NCBI GenBank assembly: GCA_944389915.1
Contig: CALXOC010000005.1
Location: 1-52,494 of the forward strand
Length of the DNA stretch: 52,494 nt
From: an uncultured Opitutales bacterium
Lineage (GTDB): Bacteria > Verrucomicrobiota > Verrucomicrobiia > Opitutales > Intestinicryptomonadaceae
Reading direction: 5' to 3'
The position numbers and the translations under genes are program-made. Shown piece by piece: positions 51,067-52,494 of this stretch (the stretch's first letter is position 1; each line of letters begins with the position of its first letter). The notes under the pieces were generated by a model that saw only the letters and a program-made list of their open reading frames with translations, did not search any database and had not been told where the DNA came from.

Positions 51067-51615
51067 CTATTTAAAATACCTGTTCAGAAGCCCCTGGAAA
51101 GCGGAGCCGTGGCGGGCTTCATCTTTGCACATTTCGTGCACGGTGTCGTGAACGGCATCGTAGCCGAGCTCCTTGGCGCGCTTAGCCAAAGCGAGTTTTC
51201 CGGCGGTGGCGCCGTGTTCGGCTTCAACCCTCACGGTCAAGTTTTTCTTTGTGTCCGCATCAACGCATTCCCCCAGCAACTCCGCAAATTTGGCCGCATG
51301 CTCCGCCTCTTCAAAAGCTATGCGCCTATACGCTTCGGCAACCTCGGGATAGCCTTCCCGGTCCGCCTGGCGGCTCATTGCCAGATACATTCCAACTTCG
51401 GTGCACTCTCCGGTGAAATTGGCGCGAAGCCCATCTACGATTTCGGCGTCAAGCCCTTTGGCAACGCCGATTTTGTGCTCGTCGGCCCATGACAGCTTCG
51501 ACGAATCGTCCCTGTAGACGAATTTGGATTTCGGCGCCTTGCACTGGGGGCAAAACTCCGGTACATTGTCGGCGTCCATTACATAGCCGCATACTGAACA
51601 TACTACTTTTTTCAT
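51067..51615 (-). CDS. Reverse rubrerythrin / NADH peroxidase
   Basis: N-terminal rubredoxin-like CSVCGY...CPQC. Ferritin-like [33 protein letters not shown]. Confidence 0.93.
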   Translation of the reverse strand: MKKVVCSVCGYVMDADNVPEFCPQCKAPKSKFVYRDDSSKLSWADEHKIGVAKGLDAEIVDGLRANFTGECTEVGMYLAMSRQADREGYPEVAEAYRRIAFEEAEHAAKFAELLGECVDADTKKNLTVRVEAEHGATAGKLALAKRAKELGYDAVHDTVHEMCKDEARHGSAFQGLLNRYFK

Positions 51616-51616
51616 A

Positions 51617-52057
51617 TTATGATTCCTTTGTTTTTTTGTTTACACAATTGCAAATCTTTCGGGAGGCGGAAACTTTCGTGCCAGAAAAGCATCTTATAAA
51701 TTCTGTCCTCACCCGTTTTAACAGCTCCCCAAATATACAATCCCCGCCCGAACAATACGACTCGCCCATCAGGCAGTCATTGAATTCTGTATCTCCTTCA
51801 AGAACCCTGTAAACGTCCATTAAAGTCGACTCCCTCTGTTTGGGTGTCAACCAGAACCCACCTTTGGGCCCCTTTTCCGCCGACACCAAGTTTGCCACAA
51901 CAAGCTTGCGCATGACCTTGGAGAGATGGTGCCCCGACACCTTCAATTCTCCGGCTATTTCAGAAGCCGTCATCTTGCCGCCGCGCGCTGACAGCACCCT
52001 CATCGAATGAATCCCCAGGTTCACGGCTTCGGATATGTTTAAGAGTTTGCAGGACAT
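51617..52057 (-). CDS. Rrf2-family transcriptional regulator
   Basis: HLSKVMRKL...LV...KGPKGGF.L, TL.DVY.VLEG, and three Cys (C-x6-C-x4-C). Confidence 0.92.
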   Translation of the reverse strand: MSCKLLNISEAVNLGIHSMRVLSARGGKMTASEIAGELKVSGHHLSKVMRKLVVANLVSAEKGPKGGFWLTPKQRESTLMDVYRVLEGDTEFNDCLMGESYCSGGDCIFGELLKRVRTEFIRCFSGTKVSASRKICNCVNKKTKES

Positions 52058-52062
52058 AATTT

Positions 52063-52092
52063 TTATAGTATAATAGTACCATAATACTATAA
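52063..52092. promoter_or_regulatory. Palindromic operator, probable Rrf2 autoregulatory site
   Basis: TTATAGTATAATAGTACCATAATACTATAA: perfect 9-bp arms, 26 of 30 positions palindromic, 5 nt upstream of the rrf2 ATG. Confidence 0.7.
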
Positions 52093-52235
52093 TTTAAAAC
52101 GCGGCAAGCTTTTTTTTATTTTTTTTGAAAAAAAATAAAAAAAGCTGCCCTGCGCTGGAAATTTGCGCAAAGCGCACAAAATAAAAGCGCCTTCCGGCAA
52201 CGGGAAATTGCCATTGCCGCTTTAATTCGCAATGT

Positions 52236-52271
52236 GAAAGCGCCCTTTCCCAATGGGAATAAGGGCGCTTC
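52236..52271 (-). terminator. Hairpin/terminator after the esterase gene
   Basis: AAGCGCCCTT-TCCCAATGGGA-AT-AAGGGCGCTT stem-loop about 20 nt after the stop. Confidence 0.6.
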
Positions 52272-52293
52272 AAAATAGGATCAAAAGCTCTAA

Positions 52294-52494
52294 TCAATTT
52301 TCCTTGGGCTTTTCTGCCCGCATTTGCCTTATATGGTTCATCACGGCTTCATCGCCCTTGAAGTAGGCATCTGATGGAACCCTGTGGCGTGATTCCTCCA
52401 CAACGTTGACATGCTTTCTGCCCTTTATGTTGTTAAATGCGGCAAAACATGAAGTCGGCGCGCAGACATCGTCGGCGAGGTCAACATTGAAATA
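52294..52494 (-). CDS. Acetyl xylan esterase (CE7-like alpha/beta hydrolase), C-terminal part (partial)
   Basis: Hand translation gives YFNVDLADDVCAPTSCFAAFNNIKGRKHVNVVEESRH...KPKEN*. This matches the D..C.P.S..AA.N.I...K......H end of CE7 esterases. Not in the ORF track. Confidence 0.75.
   Translation of the reverse strand, partial: YFNVDLADDVCAPTSCFAAFNNIKGRKHVNVVEESRHRVPSDAYFKGDEAVMNHIRQMRAEKPKEN

Overview
Bacterial chromosomal window of about 52.5 kb. PEP-CTERM proteins ending PEPAExA, the COG3014/YcfL/LpoB cluster and the style of the housekeeping genes suggest a Verrucomicrobiota (Opitutales-like) organism; this is an inference. Most of the window is ordinary: hup, ispF/ispD/pyrF/ispE, hisS, an IHF-like gene, a ClpX-like ATPase, a ubiE/menG-like gene, an RluA-family gene, nth, miaA, apbE, a Pal-like lipoprotein, glycan-active enzymes (GH99-like, GH141-like beta-helix, SGNH, GH2, DUF1080, partial CE7) and redox genes. 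Four items stand out. (1) An isolated four-gene Mu-like DNA-packaging cassette (gp25-like?, gp26-like, shortened gp27/TerS-like, gp28/TerL with all motifs intact) sits among housekeeping genes with no portal, capsid, tail or transposase, making it a candidate domesticated or gene-transfer-agent-type module. (2) A cobalamin riboswitch controls an operon in which a TonB-dependent receptor is flanked by two PEP-CTERM surface proteins, one DUF4465/BtuJ-like and one BtuH-like. (3) Three tightly coupled, highly diverged paralogues each carry five helical repeats and an apparently catalytically dead trypsin-like domain. (4) The end of an IS30-like element at the left edge appears to have truncated a glycoside hydrolase. 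I saw no rRNA, tRNA or CRISPR array. All family calls come from motif recognition by eye, not from database searches.
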